A stretch of DNA of 48,366 bases from Klebsiella phage KpnP_VR7901: the sequence record OM103162.1; one strand, written 5' to 3'. How positions within the stretch are numbered: position 1 is the stretch's first letter; every line of letters starts with the position of its first letter. The position numbers were made by a program, and so were the translations under genes. This document shows, in pieces, positions 30,120 to 38,794 of the stretch. A model generated the notes under the pieces. The model did no database searches, was not told where the DNA came from, and worked only from the letters and a program-made list of their open reading frames with translations.

Positions 30120-30328
30120 TTATTCTCCAATTCAACATGGACAGGTATTAGTTCCCACCCCACCTCTGTAAGACTCTCTACTGAGTGAGTACCAGTCCCC
30201 CATTTCCCGGATGGGAAGCGAACGTGTCCAGTTTTAATATTAAAATAAAATCCCTCAAGGTCTCTGTATACCATCTGGTGTGTAATTTCATCCATTGAAC
30301 ACCTCCTGAAAGCGTTGCTTATAACCAT
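30116..30328 (-). CDS. small protein, C-terminal -ELENK
   Basis: 70 aa. TTG GAG AAT AAA TGA overlaps the next ATG. Confidence 0.55.
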   Translation of the reverse strand: MVISNAFRRCSMDEITHQMVYRDLEGFYFNIKTGHVRFPSGKWGTGTHSVESLTEVGWELIPVHVELENK

Positions 30329-31058
30329 CCAGCGTAGTGCCTGACAGGCCCGGAGCCGTGTTCACCTCTAACACATAATACTTATCTTCACGAGCATTAA
30401 AGATGAGGTCTACAGCCCCAAAATCAAGTCCTAATGCAGCTACAGCCTTAACAGCCTCCTCAGACGCTACAGGAGAAGCTACAACGCCTTCACGAGCGAA
30501 GATAAACCCACCATCAAGGTTACGCACTTGCCAGTTCACAGCGTCGTCTGGGACGTCACGTTTACGTGCTTTACGCTGAATGTCCACCACTTGCCCCATG
30601 AATACATGGTAACGATATTCTTCCTGCTTTTTCACATAAGCAGTGTAGAGAGGAGCCAGTACAACGGCGTCGCTGTTATCACAAATAACAATACCAGCCC
30701 CGCTATGCCCATTAAGGACAGTGCGGCATACAACGCTTGAGTTAGGAGTATTTTGAAGATATTCACATGCGTCAGCCTTACTTGTGAAGAATGGGGGGAT
30801 AGTGACACCGGCTTCTTGGAAAAGTTCAAAACTTTTTAATTTATTTGAGGCTTTACGAATGGCCTCTGGCTTGTTGAGGATGCGTTGACATGCCATCACT
30901 TGGTCAGGCAATGTGCCAGCTCCCCAATTGATGATAGCTTTTCCCATTCCCCCACGGAACTTGCTGTTGCCATGCTTGATGCGTTTTACGTTCAACGCTT
31001 GAGATAGGAGCTTAGCCCCTTCAGAATGCGGATTGTGTGAATAGATGTACACTTTCAT
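30288..31058 (-). CDS. ATP-grasp ligase (RimK/GshB-like)
   Basis: C-terminal ATP-grasp signature DKYYVLEVNTAPGLSG and a Lys/Gly-rich N-terminal nucleotide-binding region. Confidence 0.65.
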   Translation of the reverse strand: MKVYIYSHNPHSEGAKLLSQALNVKRIKHGNSKFRGGMGKAIINWGAGTLPDQVMACQRILNKPEAIRKASNKLKSFELFQEAGVTIPPFFTSKADACEYLQNTPNSSVVCRTVLNGHSGAGIVICDNSDAVVLAPLYTAYVKKQEEYRYHVFMGQVVDIQRKARKRDVPDDAVNWQVRNLDGGFIFAREGVVASPVASEEAVKAVAALGLDFGAVDLIFNAREDKYYVLEVNTAPGLSGTTLDGYKQRFQEVFNG

Positions 31059-31117
31059 TTATTTATTCTCCAGAGAAAATGGAGCTAGCATGAGGGTGTA
31101 AAAGGGCAGAGAGGTCC

Positions 31118-31258
31118 TCATGAGATTCCCCCTTTCCCATCATCACGCCTGAACCAAAAAAGATTTTCATCAATTTTTTTTTCAACTGTAGCACAAGACT
31201 TCTCCCAAGAGCTGCCTTTTAAATTGATGAACTGTACTCTGTCACCTACATTGTACAT
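31118..31258 (-). CDS. small protein (GDxV paralogue, 46 aa)
   Basis: The track ORF 31118..31363 overlaps the upstream gene by 104 nt. The internal ATG 31258 (MYNVGDRVQF...) sits 1 nt after that gene's TAA. Confidence 0.4.
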   Translation of the reverse strand: MYNVGDRVQFINLKGSSWEKSCATVEKKIDENLFWFRRDDGKGGIS

Positions 31259-31259
31259 A

Positions 31260-32066
31260 TTACCAATCCCCCAAATAAGCAAATTGTTGTACACGACGAA
31301 TGCTGTCGTAGACAGACAATTCATATTTCTCTTCCCAAGGGATGTCCTTAGCGTATTTACCAAGAATCATCTTGTAGAAACCTTCTGGCCGCAGGTCACT
31401 CACTGAATAGACAACAGCGGTTGGGTTGTCAATCTCACGCGCCAGTCCTTTCAGATGTTGCAACAGCCCGCACCACCATTCAATAGCCGCTAAATCCCCA
31501 TCAGAGCGCCACGCTCTAAACTCAAGGGAGCCATAGTCCCCCAGAGCTTTAACGTTCACAGAGGCATAGCGGAGGTCGTCAGTGTGCAGTACAGACAGGT
31601 TTTGCTCTTTAATTGCAACACCCAGCATGTCAATCAAATATTCAGCGTCACACGCTCTCAGGCAGAACAGGTTGCCAATACGATGCTGCCCGCAGGTGTT
31701 CACCAGAATGTCTTCCACCACCAGATATAGAGACAGGAAGTTGAACAACTGCGTCACTGTCAAATCCCCACAGTTGATGTGAACATGCACACCAGCATTA
31801 GGGCTGTCTTTAATAACAGCTTCATTGCTTTTCCAAGCTTCTTCCATTAACGCTAAGGCCATCTTCGTTTCATTAAATGGAATGGGCTTCCGCAATACAT
31901 ATTCAAAGCTCTCTCCGCGTAAAGAGGGGTCGTTCTCACTCTTCCACACACCGTCTTCTACACGAGGGAGGTTAGTCCCTTCTGCCTCAATCTCAATACC
32001 AATATGGTCGGTGAGACGGCTCTGGAGCTTCAACACATCACGCACTAATTTTCTTTCAAAGGACAT
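31260..32066 (-). CDS. carboxylate-amine ligase, GCS2/YbdK/PafA-like amidoligase (copy 1)
   Basis: GIEIEAEG (compare YbdK GIELEMQV), ESFEYVL, NAGVHVHINCGD (compare QHVHVGCASGD), GSLEFRAWRSD (compare GTVEVRVMD). Confidence 0.6.
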   Translation of the reverse strand: MSFERKLVRDVLKLQSRLTDHIGIEIEAEGTNLPRVEDGVWKSENDPSLRGESFEYVLRKPIPFNETKMALALMEEAWKSNEAVIKDSPNAGVHVHINCGDLTVTQLFNFLSLYLVVEDILVNTCGQHRIGNLFCLRACDAEYLIDMLGVAIKEQNLSVLHTDDLRYASVNVKALGDYGSLEFRAWRSDGDLAAIEWWCGLLQHLKGLAREIDNPTAVVYSVSDLRPEGFYKMILGKYAKDIPWEEKYELSVYDSIRRVQQFAYLGDW

Positions 32067-32306
32067 TTATTTATTCTCCAACACTATATTTTCATGCTTC
32101 AATTCAGTATAGTGAACAAAATACCCGGAGGTATCTGTATGTTCGGCCAGTCCAAAGTTATGGTGCCCTTCGTAGAAGTTTTCAAACACAACTCCTAGGA
32201 ATCCGCTGTCCTCCCCTCTGGGTCCAAAACACACTACCTTACCCACCTTCCTCTTAAGAAAGCTTGTATGCCCAGTAAATTTAACACGATCCCCTACTTT
32301 AAACAT
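32067..32306 (-). CDS. small protein MFKVGDRVKF..., C-terminal -IVLENK
   Basis: 79 aa. TTG GAG AAT AAA TAA ATG junction. Confidence 0.55.
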   Translation of the reverse strand: MFKVGDRVKFTGHTSFLKRKVGKVVCFGPRGEDSGFLGVVFENFYEGHHNFGLAEHTDTSGYFVHYTELKHENIVLENK

Positions 32307-32887
32307 AGCGCTAACACCTCTTGCAGATAGAAACGTTCAGGCATGAGCTTAACACTCTGGTCTCCTACATACCCCACTACATCTCCACGATACATAAGAC
32401 ACAGCTCATCTTCTTTATCAGCTACAGCCCATTCACGATGGAAAGGGACAATCTTAGAAGCTCCAGAGCGTACAGCTTGGAATGCTTCTCCAATGTCAGG
32501 GAAGTCCCCTACAATCGTCTTAGCGACGCTTTTACTGAAAGGGCTCACCTCACTACGTCCCTGTCCAAATAAACGCTCTATGGGCTTCTCAAGGGCGTTA
32601 AAAGCGAAGAAGTTCTCCTGTGTCAGCCCTTGCTTGTATTTACGGACAGGTTTACGCATTGAGAAGAATACACGGCCACGGTCATCAATGACATAGCCCA
32701 GCTTAGCTGCATCAGGGGCCAAGTTGAGAGCTTCAATGCGTACAGAGCTGCTACGTCCTGTCAGCAAATCCTTTACAATCACCTTGTCCTTGCTCTCTGC
32801 TGCCTGAACAACAACAGGACGCTTCTCCCACATCACTAATGAATGACGCAGGCGAAGCTCTACATCTCTTTCGCTTTCGTAATACAT
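32294..32887 (-). CDS. hypothetical protein
   Basis: 197 aa, no recognisable motif. Embedded in the ligase cluster. Confidence 0.45.
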   Translation of the reverse strand: MYYESERDVELRLRHSLVMWEKRPVVVQAAESKDKVIVKDLLTGRSSSVRIEALNLAPDAAKLGYVIDDRGRVFFSMRKPVRKYKQGLTQENFFAFNALEKPIERLFGQGRSEVSPFSKSVAKTIVGDFPDIGEAFQAVRSGASKIVPFHREWAVADKEDELCLMYRGDVVGYVGDQSVKLMPERFYLQEVLALCLK

Positions 32888-33087
32888 TATTTATTCTCCA
32901 AGCTGGGAATATAAACATCAAATTCACATTCCCTTTCATCAAAATTGCAAATACCGCCTTTCGGGAGGTCTACAGTAATCAGGTCCCCGGGAAGCACTTC
33001 GAAATACCCAGACATGGCTTCTTTGCACACCTCGCAATTGCCACATGTGGTTTTTATAAGCCTAACCTTATCTCCAACATTAATCAT
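32887..33087 (-). CDS. small Cys-rich protein MINVGDKVRL..., C-terminal -PSLENK
   Basis: 66 aa, CGNCEVC plus C..C (possible zinc ribbon). TTG GAG AAT AAA TAA TG junction. Confidence 0.55.
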   Translation of the reverse strand: MINVGDKVRLIKTTCGNCEVCKEAMSGYFEVLPGDLITVDLPKGGICNFDERECEFDVYIPSLENK

Positions 33088-33899
33088 AATACAATCCCCG
33101 CTGGGAGAAGCAGCCCCTCTTCCTTGATGATGCGGGAAGCAGATGCCTTATCCGAAGTGTTGACAATACGTTGAGCTTCATCCCCGTATTTATCGAACAG
33201 GGAAACGCCCCGCTCAATACGCTCCATAGCGTCCATAGATGCCTTGTATGCCCAACGCTTCAGGTTGTCATCCTTCAGCCACTGATTGGAGAGAGTTCGG
33301 TATTCCATGCCATATTTCTTAGGACGGAATGCACCAGCTTTGCCGTACAGCTCACGACGTTTAGTGTCACTGTCGTAGAACAGAGAAGGAAGGCCCAGAT
33401 AGAAGTCCAGCTCCCGCACTTTAGCCGCCAGCCAAGCAATATAATCTGCATCATTCACTGGAGCATCATTACCAGTTTCAGGCAAGCCGAAGTGTATATG
33501 ACCAGCAGCAGAGCGGAACGGGAGTTCCCCGTTAGGACGTGGGTTAACATCGACAGTGTATGCGTCATAATCAGGGTCACAGCCAAGCTCCTTAGCTTCT
33601 TCTGGTTGAGCACGAATGTATTCAAAGCCGAAGTCTGCTACCGGGATGCACTCCAGCTTGTAGTCCGGCACCATGCTTGCCAAGATTTCCATGACGCCGT
33701 TGATATTGTCCATCCACGCCTGCTCACTATCTGCCGCGTCGATGTTAAATTCAAGGGCCATGCCATCCACTTGGACAGCACCACGATTTACTTTGAGGGG
33801 GTCGTGTTTACTGCCTTTGATGAGGCCATGAGCACTCACCAGTTTACCGTTACGAGAAACAAAAATTTCCGGGTCAGCACCAATTAAGATTTTAGACAT
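33084..33899 (-). CDS. carboxylate-amine ligase, GCS2/PafA-like amidoligase (copy 2)
   Basis: IGADPEIFV, GMALEFNI, AGHIHFGLPE, GMEYRTLSNQW: the same four-motif pattern as copy 1 and YbdK. Confidence 0.55.
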   Translation of the reverse strand: MSKILIGADPEIFVSRNGKLVSAHGLIKGSKHDPLKVNRGAVQVDGMALEFNIDAADSEQAWMDNINGVMEILASMVPDYKLECIPVADFGFEYIRAQPEEAKELGCDPDYDAYTVDVNPRPNGELPFRSAAGHIHFGLPETGNDAPVNDADYIAWLAAKVRELDFYLGLPSLFYDSDTKRRELYGKAGAFRPKKYGMEYRTLSNQWLKDDNLKRWAYKASMDAMERIERGVSLFDKYGDEAQRIVNTSDKASASRIIKEEGLLLPAGIVL

Positions 33900-33926
33900 G
33901 ATATATTCCTATGTTTGATGATAGCA

Positions 33927-35231
33927 TTAATTTGATAAAGTTTTTACACGGCATCCGGGAAGGAGGCGGCTACGCTGTTCACTAGTTAGCCCCTTGATAT
34001 CTTCCCAACAGGTCTTACAACAAATGTGGGCATCAGGAGAGGTGTAATACTCCTTCACTAACGTGCGGCAATACGAGCAACCCACTTTATAATTGAACTT
34101 ATGAAACTTCACCCCCGCTGGGAGCTGTTCCTCCTTCTTGCTTTCAGCTAAGGCAGCCTCTTCTAAATCCTCTAGCGTATAATAACATTTATCCGCTGTA
34201 TAGATAGAGAGGTATAGCCCAGCCTGTCCTGAATAATTCACTTTAGCAGTGAACACCATTTTATCTTCTGCCCACATCTCAGTGACTAAATCGTCATGAA
34301 CATCCAGCCTTACTTGAGTGATGCGGATAGGAACATCTTTGAGAGTTTTACCGATGATGTCTACATAATTGGCACCGTTCTGTACAAAATCACGGATGGT
34401 GTCCACTGTAAACTCTACAAAGTCACCGGTGTTTACGCCCTCTCTGTCGAGCCATTTGTCTTCTTCTCCCCAGCTTCTGCTGTAATTTCCGTAATAGCTT
34501 CCCGACCACTTTGGGGCTACATACGGCTCAACCTTAGTGGTCGTCCAGTCCACAATGTCGGTTGCTTTTTCAGGGAGAGTAAATTTATAGTGCATATCAA
34601 TCTGCACTTCACGGGGGGGTTCATCAAGCTTTAAGTCTTGACGCCCACAGGCTGCATGAATCATCCAGAATTCAGAAGCCCACACCAGAGTGCGTCCTTT
34701 GTTAGCTGTGCTAAACCACAAAGGGCGCTCTTTATTACGCAGGAAGTTAACAGTGTTGTCTGTCTTATCAATCCACGTTAAGGCGGCTGCTCCGTTTAAC
34801 TTGCCCCACAGAGAAGCTACGCCATTCTGGTTAAGCTCAGAGAATGCAGCTTGGCTATCCACTGCGTATTTCTCTTGCTCGAACAGGGTGTATTGGGAAA
34901 GAAGACTGCCGTTGTGTGCCCCAATAATATTAGGGAATTCAAATGGATGGGCATTCTCCTGAATGATGGCCCCCTTAGTGGCCCAACGATTGTGACCAAT
35001 AAGGATGTGATGCTTCTTAGCCATCAAATCAGAGAAGCCTTTCAAGTCCATGAAATCAACAGCGTTAAGCTTGTCCTTAAACACAGCTGTCTTGAATTCA
35101 TTCCCAATCTTATGCAATGAAGCAATGCCAGTGGAATGCTTCCCACGGATAACATCTAACAAGAGAAGGTCTTTAAACACTTTCTCTTCTTTAAAGGAGA
35201 TGTCTCCTGCCAGTCCAACGAGTCCGCAAAT
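33927..35231 (-). CDS. class II (Ntn) glutamine amidotransferase domain protein with Cys-rich C-terminal domain
   Basis: CGLVGLAGDIS (compare GlmS MCGIVG), LIGHNRWATKGAIIQENAHPF (compare [21 protein letters not shown]), GAHNGSL (compare HNGIIEN). The catalytic Cys codon (35228..35226) lies upstream of the first canonical start (GTG 35180). The only in-frame candidate start is ATT 35231..35229, 7 nt after a GGAGGA RBS. Confidence 0.55.
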   Translation of the reverse strand: MCGLVGLAGDISFKEEKVFKDLLLLDVIRGKHSTGIASLHKIGNEFKTAVFKDKLNAVDFMDLKGFSDLMAKKHHILIGHNRWATKGAIIQENAHPFEFPNIIGAHNGSLLSQYTLFEQEKYAVDSQAAFSELNQNGVASLWGKLNGAAALTWIDKTDNTVNFLRNKERPLWFSTANKGRTLVWASEFWMIHAACGRQDLKLDEPPREVQIDMHYKFTLPEKATDIVDWTTTKVEPYVAPKWSGSYYGNYSRSWGEEDKWLDREGVNTGDFVEFTVDTIRDFVQNGANYVDIIGKTLKDVPIRITQVRLDVHDDLVTEMWAEDKMVFTAKVNYSGQAGLYLSIYTADKCYYTLEDLEEAALAESKKEEQLPAGVKFHKFNYKVGCSYCRTLVKEYYTSPDAHICCKTCWEDIKGLTSEQRSRLLPGCRVKTLSN

Positions 35232-35262
35232 AGTATTATCCTCCGAAAGCCTGTGGCTTTGC

Positions 35263-35517
35263 TTATTTATTTTCTAAAGACAGATTGAAGAATTCAAGGT
35301 CGTCCTCATGGAACCACCAACCCCAGTCTATACCAAATTCTGGAGCGTGTAGGTATACGCTGTTGTATCCGATTCTTTTAACTTCCATGGGAAATCCTGA
35401 CACAGCAGCGCTCATGTTTCTCCCTCCGTCGCCACATTTAATTACTGTGAGGGAGTCGTCCCACATATCCAGAGGTATAGTGCAATATACAATATCCCCC
35501 TCTTTAAACTTGGGCAT
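35263..35517 (-). CDS. small protein MPKFKEGDIVY..., C-terminal -LSLENK (TTA GAA AAT AAA TAA)
   Basis: 84-aa ORF. A GDxV/SH3-like paralogue. Confidence 0.55.
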   Translation of the reverse strand: MPKFKEGDIVYCTIPLDMWDDSLTVIKCGDGGRNMSAAVSGFPMEVKRIGYNSVYLHAPEFGIDWGWWFHEDDLEFFNLSLENK

Positions 35518-36154
35518 ACAGCTCCTCCAGTTTATCGAAATACCATTGCTGACACGGGTGGTCTGAACTTACAAATTCAGGATGGGGTTGATAACAGAAC
35601 GCTTTAGTAGATGGGTAGAAACAAGCCTCCACTTCCACATCTGTATCTACATCCACTACTTCCCCCGGCTCTTCATGTGCAGGGGTCATCATGAATTTAC
35701 GAGAGCTGCGCATAACACTGCTCTTGCCCAACAAAATCCCGCACTCCCCGACAATCATCATCTGGTGGTGGAGAGAGGACACCGGGACCAGCTTACCAGT
35801 CTCTACATCCAGCATGTCATGAGTGCCATGAATGCCATGCCCCTTAACATCCTGATACATGTTACCACCAGACAGGGCATTGAGGAGCTGCCCGCCACGA
35901 CATACACCAGCAAGGAACTTGCCCTTCTGCTTTCCTTCTACAAAGGCTGCATACTCTTCACGGTCACGGCCCGGAGAGGTGTAGGTGGTGGGGTGTTCAT
36001 GTTGATTGTAGAACTTGGGGGAAATATCAGCTCCCCCCGTGAATTGTACAATGTCGGCCTCGTCAATGCTGTCTACGATTGTATAACCGCGCTTAGTGTA
36101 CATTGAATGGAATTGATGGAAGAAGGAAGTGCCTACGATGAATACTTTTTTCAT
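35504..36154 (-). CDS. class I glutamine amidotransferase-like / peptidase C26 (gamma-glutamyl hydrolase-like)
   Basis: Nucleophile elbow GVCRGGQLLN and C-terminal YQPHPEF (the vQfHPE motif). Confidence 0.6.
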   Translation of the reverse strand: MKKVFIVGTSFFHQFHSMYTKRGYTIVDSIDEADIVQFTGGADISPKFYNQHEHPTTYTSPGRDREEYAAFVEGKQKGKFLAGVCRGGQLLNALSGGNMYQDVKGHGIHGTHDMLDVETGKLVPVSSLHHQMMIVGECGILLGKSSVMRSSRKFMMTPAHEEPGEVVDVDTDVEVEACFYPSTKAFCYQPHPEFVSSDHPCQQWYFDKLEELYAQV

Positions 36155-36349
36155 TTATTTGTTCTCCAGGCTGAGGTGATGAATGGATAAGTGATGTTGA
36201 TTGTAGTGGGCAGCGCCTCCTCCCTCCCATTCTACTCTATATTCATAATCCCTTCGGGATTTATAATCCGTACTAGTTATTACCCCGACCTTTTTACCGA
36301 AGTTATTGCTGGGAAATTTAAACAGAGCTAGTTGCGTTGGCTCTACCAA
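36155..36349 (-). CDS. small protein, C-terminal -LSLENK (CTG GAG AAC AAA TAA)
   Basis: 64 aa. Stop followed immediately by the ATG of the GATase I gene. Confidence 0.55.
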   Translation of the reverse strand: MVEPTQLALFKFPSNNFGKKVGVITSTDYKSRRDYEYRVEWEGGGAAHYNQHHLSIHHLSLENK

Positions 36350-36373
36350 TCCCCTACCTTAAACAAGCTCATA

Positions 36374-37765
36374 TTACACCCCGTGCTTCGCCATCCAGTC
36401 TTCAATTAAATCACACACCCGGTCTACGCATTCATCGATAGGAAGCGAAGCCCCCCACTGACCGCCACCTTTAACAGCACTGAGTTTGCTGAACATCTCG
36501 GACTTGTTCTCCTTGAAATCCTTGCTCCACATCCCATCTACGCCATAGTCATTGCTGCCTGACGCATTGAAACTCTCGCTGTATTTCTTCTTACCAGCGC
36601 GTTCGGGGGTGTGTTTGATGAAATTGAGGATGCATTTGTCAGACAGGCCGCTGTTATTCAGGTGACTATGTCCATTCCCCGCCTCTGACATTTTCATCTT
36701 ACCATTTGCGTATTCGCTGGTTTGGCAGCCAAACACAAAGGCAACATCCAGAGGAATGCCCGCTTTGTACAGCTCAAGGAAGCCCTCAGCTCGTGCCGGT
36801 TTCTCCCAGATTTGACGAGTGGCAAAGCAAGCCCCTACAAGAATACAATTAGGAACGTCAGCTGTTAACACATAGCCATATTTCTTAATGTATTCAGGGT
36901 CTTTAGTGAGGAATGCGTCAGCATACGGGCTGTAGCTGGTGAGGTAGGCAATCCACAGGTCAGTGGCTTCCTCACTTGCTTTCCCTTTCACCCAACCGTT
37001 GTTATCTTTTACATCGTTGATGCCGATGGTGGTGACATATGCCACCTTACGCACTGTACATTCACGTTGTAAATCAGCATGACACGCTTGTCCTGTGCTC
37101 TTGCTTACCTTCGTCAACTCTGCGTTGTGACGAGAGAAGGATACGTTAGAACGATGGTTTTCACGTAAAGCGTTGAGCGTAGGTGTCAGCTTGTCAATTA
37201 CCTCTTGATGCTCAACGCTTACAGGCTTTGGGGGCAGAGGCAGCTCTACCGCACCAATTCCCATACGTTCAGCACGAGGAATGCGCCATTCAGGAGCCTC
37301 AGCCGGGAAGATGGAGGACATGAGGAAGTTGTTAGTGTAGGGCTGGTTTGTATCGGGGTCGATGGTTTCCCCTTTATGCCGTAGCAGCGTTAGCCCAAAG
37401 CCCTGTGAGCGCCCATCACGGTCAAGGTGTAGCTCTGCACTGTCAAACTTAAACACCTTGCCTTGCCAGCCCTCAGCTTGCATACGAGGGGTGAAGCGAG
37501 GCCATGCATTGAAGTCGGAGCAGTTGACAACAACGTTCGTATCAGCAGAGGATGGGTCATAGGCCCAAGCCCCCGCTGTTTCAGTGCTAAAACGCAGCTC
37601 TGTCTTTGTGCCTAACACCTGCACTTTAACACTTTTCGCGGCTTTACTAATCACTTTGCAGAACAGGCCATTAGGCACATTCAGCACTTTGCTTTTCGGA
37701 TTGTGAGCTACAATAATCTGGTTCACTTCCAGACGAGCATTAGTGAGCTTTCTATACTGACTCAT
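36374..37765 (-). CDS. hypothetical protein (463 aa) adjoining the ligase cluster
   Basis: Long ORF, no motif recognised by eye. One GATGATAGCATT box lies ~125 bp upstream. Confidence 0.5.
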   Translation of the reverse strand: MSQYRKLTNARLEVNQIIVAHNPKSKVLNVPNGLFCKVISKAAKSVKVQVLGTKTELRFSTETAGAWAYDPSSADTNVVVNCSDFNAWPRFTPRMQAEGWQGKVFKFDSAELHLDRDGRSQGFGLTLLRHKGETIDPDTNQPYTNNFLMSSIFPAEAPEWRIPRAERMGIGAVELPLPPKPVSVEHQEVIDKLTPTLNALRENHRSNVSFSRHNAELTKVSKSTGQACHADLQRECTVRKVAYVTTIGINDVKDNNGWVKGKASEEATDLWIAYLTSYSPYADAFLTKDPEYIKKYGYVLTADVPNCILVGACFATRQIWEKPARAEGFLELYKAGIPLDVAFVFGCQTSEYANGKMKMSEAGNGHSHLNNSGLSDKCILNFIKHTPERAGKKKYSESFNASGSNDYGVDGMWSKDFKENKSEMFSKLSAVKGGGQWGASLPIDECVDRVCDLIEDWMAKHGV

Positions 37766-37901
37766 TAGTCACCTCTTTAGGTTGATTGATTTTAAGGCCC
37801 ACAGGGGCCTCTACAGGACACTTTAGAATGAAGGCATACCATCGTATACCCTCATGGCTTAAAACCGCTCACAATGCTTTACAGAGCGTTTGATGATAGC
37901 A

Positions 37902-38096
37902 TTATTGTCCACGCCCCCACTTGAGTGCAGATTCTATGAGAAACCCCACTAGAGAGATGGGCCAAAGAACAGACGCTAAAATAATACTTAATGTTACAAC
38001 CCCTACGTGGTAACGTGTGTCCTTCATGTTTGCTATGGTGGAGAAAAGCATCCACACAATAATTCCGATGATGTAGATTGTTGATGCCATAATCAC
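37902..38096 (-). CDS. small membrane protein
   Basis: 64 aa, two predicted TM helices. Confidence 0.45.
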   Translation of the reverse strand: MIMASTIYIIGIIVWMLFSTIANMKDTRYHVGVVTLSIILASVLWPISLVGFLIESALKWGRGQ

Positions 38097-38332
38097 ACCT
38101 TATTCAATTCGTTCCCATTGAGAACGATGTTATACGGAAGGTCTGGATGAGCCTTCACATGTTCATCAATCAACGCCTGTACATAATCACTACAGATGCC
38201 GTTAACTACGATGGTGGGTTGACCAGTGCGTTCAATGACACACCCTTCTCCAACTTCCATGTACCCCGGATTTTCGTGTACTACGAACAGGGAATGTAAC
38301 GCTATTGTAATGACAATGAGAGACGTTGACAT
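38093..38332 (-). CDS. small secreted/periplasmic protein
   Basis: 79 aa, N-terminal signal-like segment MSTSLIVITIALHSLFVV. Confidence 0.45.
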   Translation of the reverse strand: MSTSLIVITIALHSLFVVHENPGYMEVGEGCVIERTGQPTIVVNGICSDYVQALIDEHVKAHPDLPYNIVLNGNELNKV

Positions 38333-38340
38333 GATGTCAC

Positions 38341-38670
38341 CTATAATTCATCAGCTACACATGCCAAGACGAATCCTATAATAACGCCCAAAACAACACT
38401 CGCCCTGAATGTTGCCCAGCCCACCTGGCTAGCAGCCTCTTTAAAAACGGAAGCATCCCATGTAACGAACACAGCCCCTATTACGAGGATAATCCTTATC
38501 AAGTATAGCGCAACTATCACGACTGTTGTGCCCAACAGCCAAAGTCCAAAGAACTCTTTCATACCCCACCTCTTAAAAGTATTTCTTACCTTTCTGGTAA
38601 GCTGCCCGTTTACCTGTAGAAGTACGCAGGATGTGAGGAACAAAGTTGAATTGCTCCGTACCATCTTCAT
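38341..38670 (-). CDS. membrane protein
   Basis: 109 aa, three or more hydrophobic helices. Confidence 0.45.
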   Translation of the reverse strand: MKMVRSNSTLFLTSCVLLQVNGQLTRKVRNTFKRWGMKEFFGLWLLGTTVVIVALYLIRIILVIGAVFVTWDASVFKEAASQVGWATFRASVVLGVIIGFVLACVADEL

Positions 38671-38794
38671 TCAGCCGCCCATTGGGCACAGCCACAGTTT
38701 TAACAACCTTGTCGTTGTATTCACGTTCCGCAGAAGGAACGAAGCCAATCAGTTTACGCAGAAGTTTAGATTGTTTATGGCTCATAGTTTTCAC
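38573..38794 (-). CDS. small basic protein
   Basis: 73 aa. Overlaps the 38341..38670 ORF in another frame, so one of the two may be mis-started. Confidence 0.3.
   Translation of the reverse strand: MKTMSHKQSKLLRKLIGFVPSAEREYNDKVVKTVAVPNGRLNEDGTEQFNFVPHILRTSTGKRAAYQKGKKYF

Noticed and set aside
31118-31363. 81-aa track ORF overlapping the amidoligase gene by 104 nt
   Set aside because: The N-terminal extension is rejected. The internal ATG 31258, right after the upstream stop, gives a 46-aa GDxV-family protein instead.
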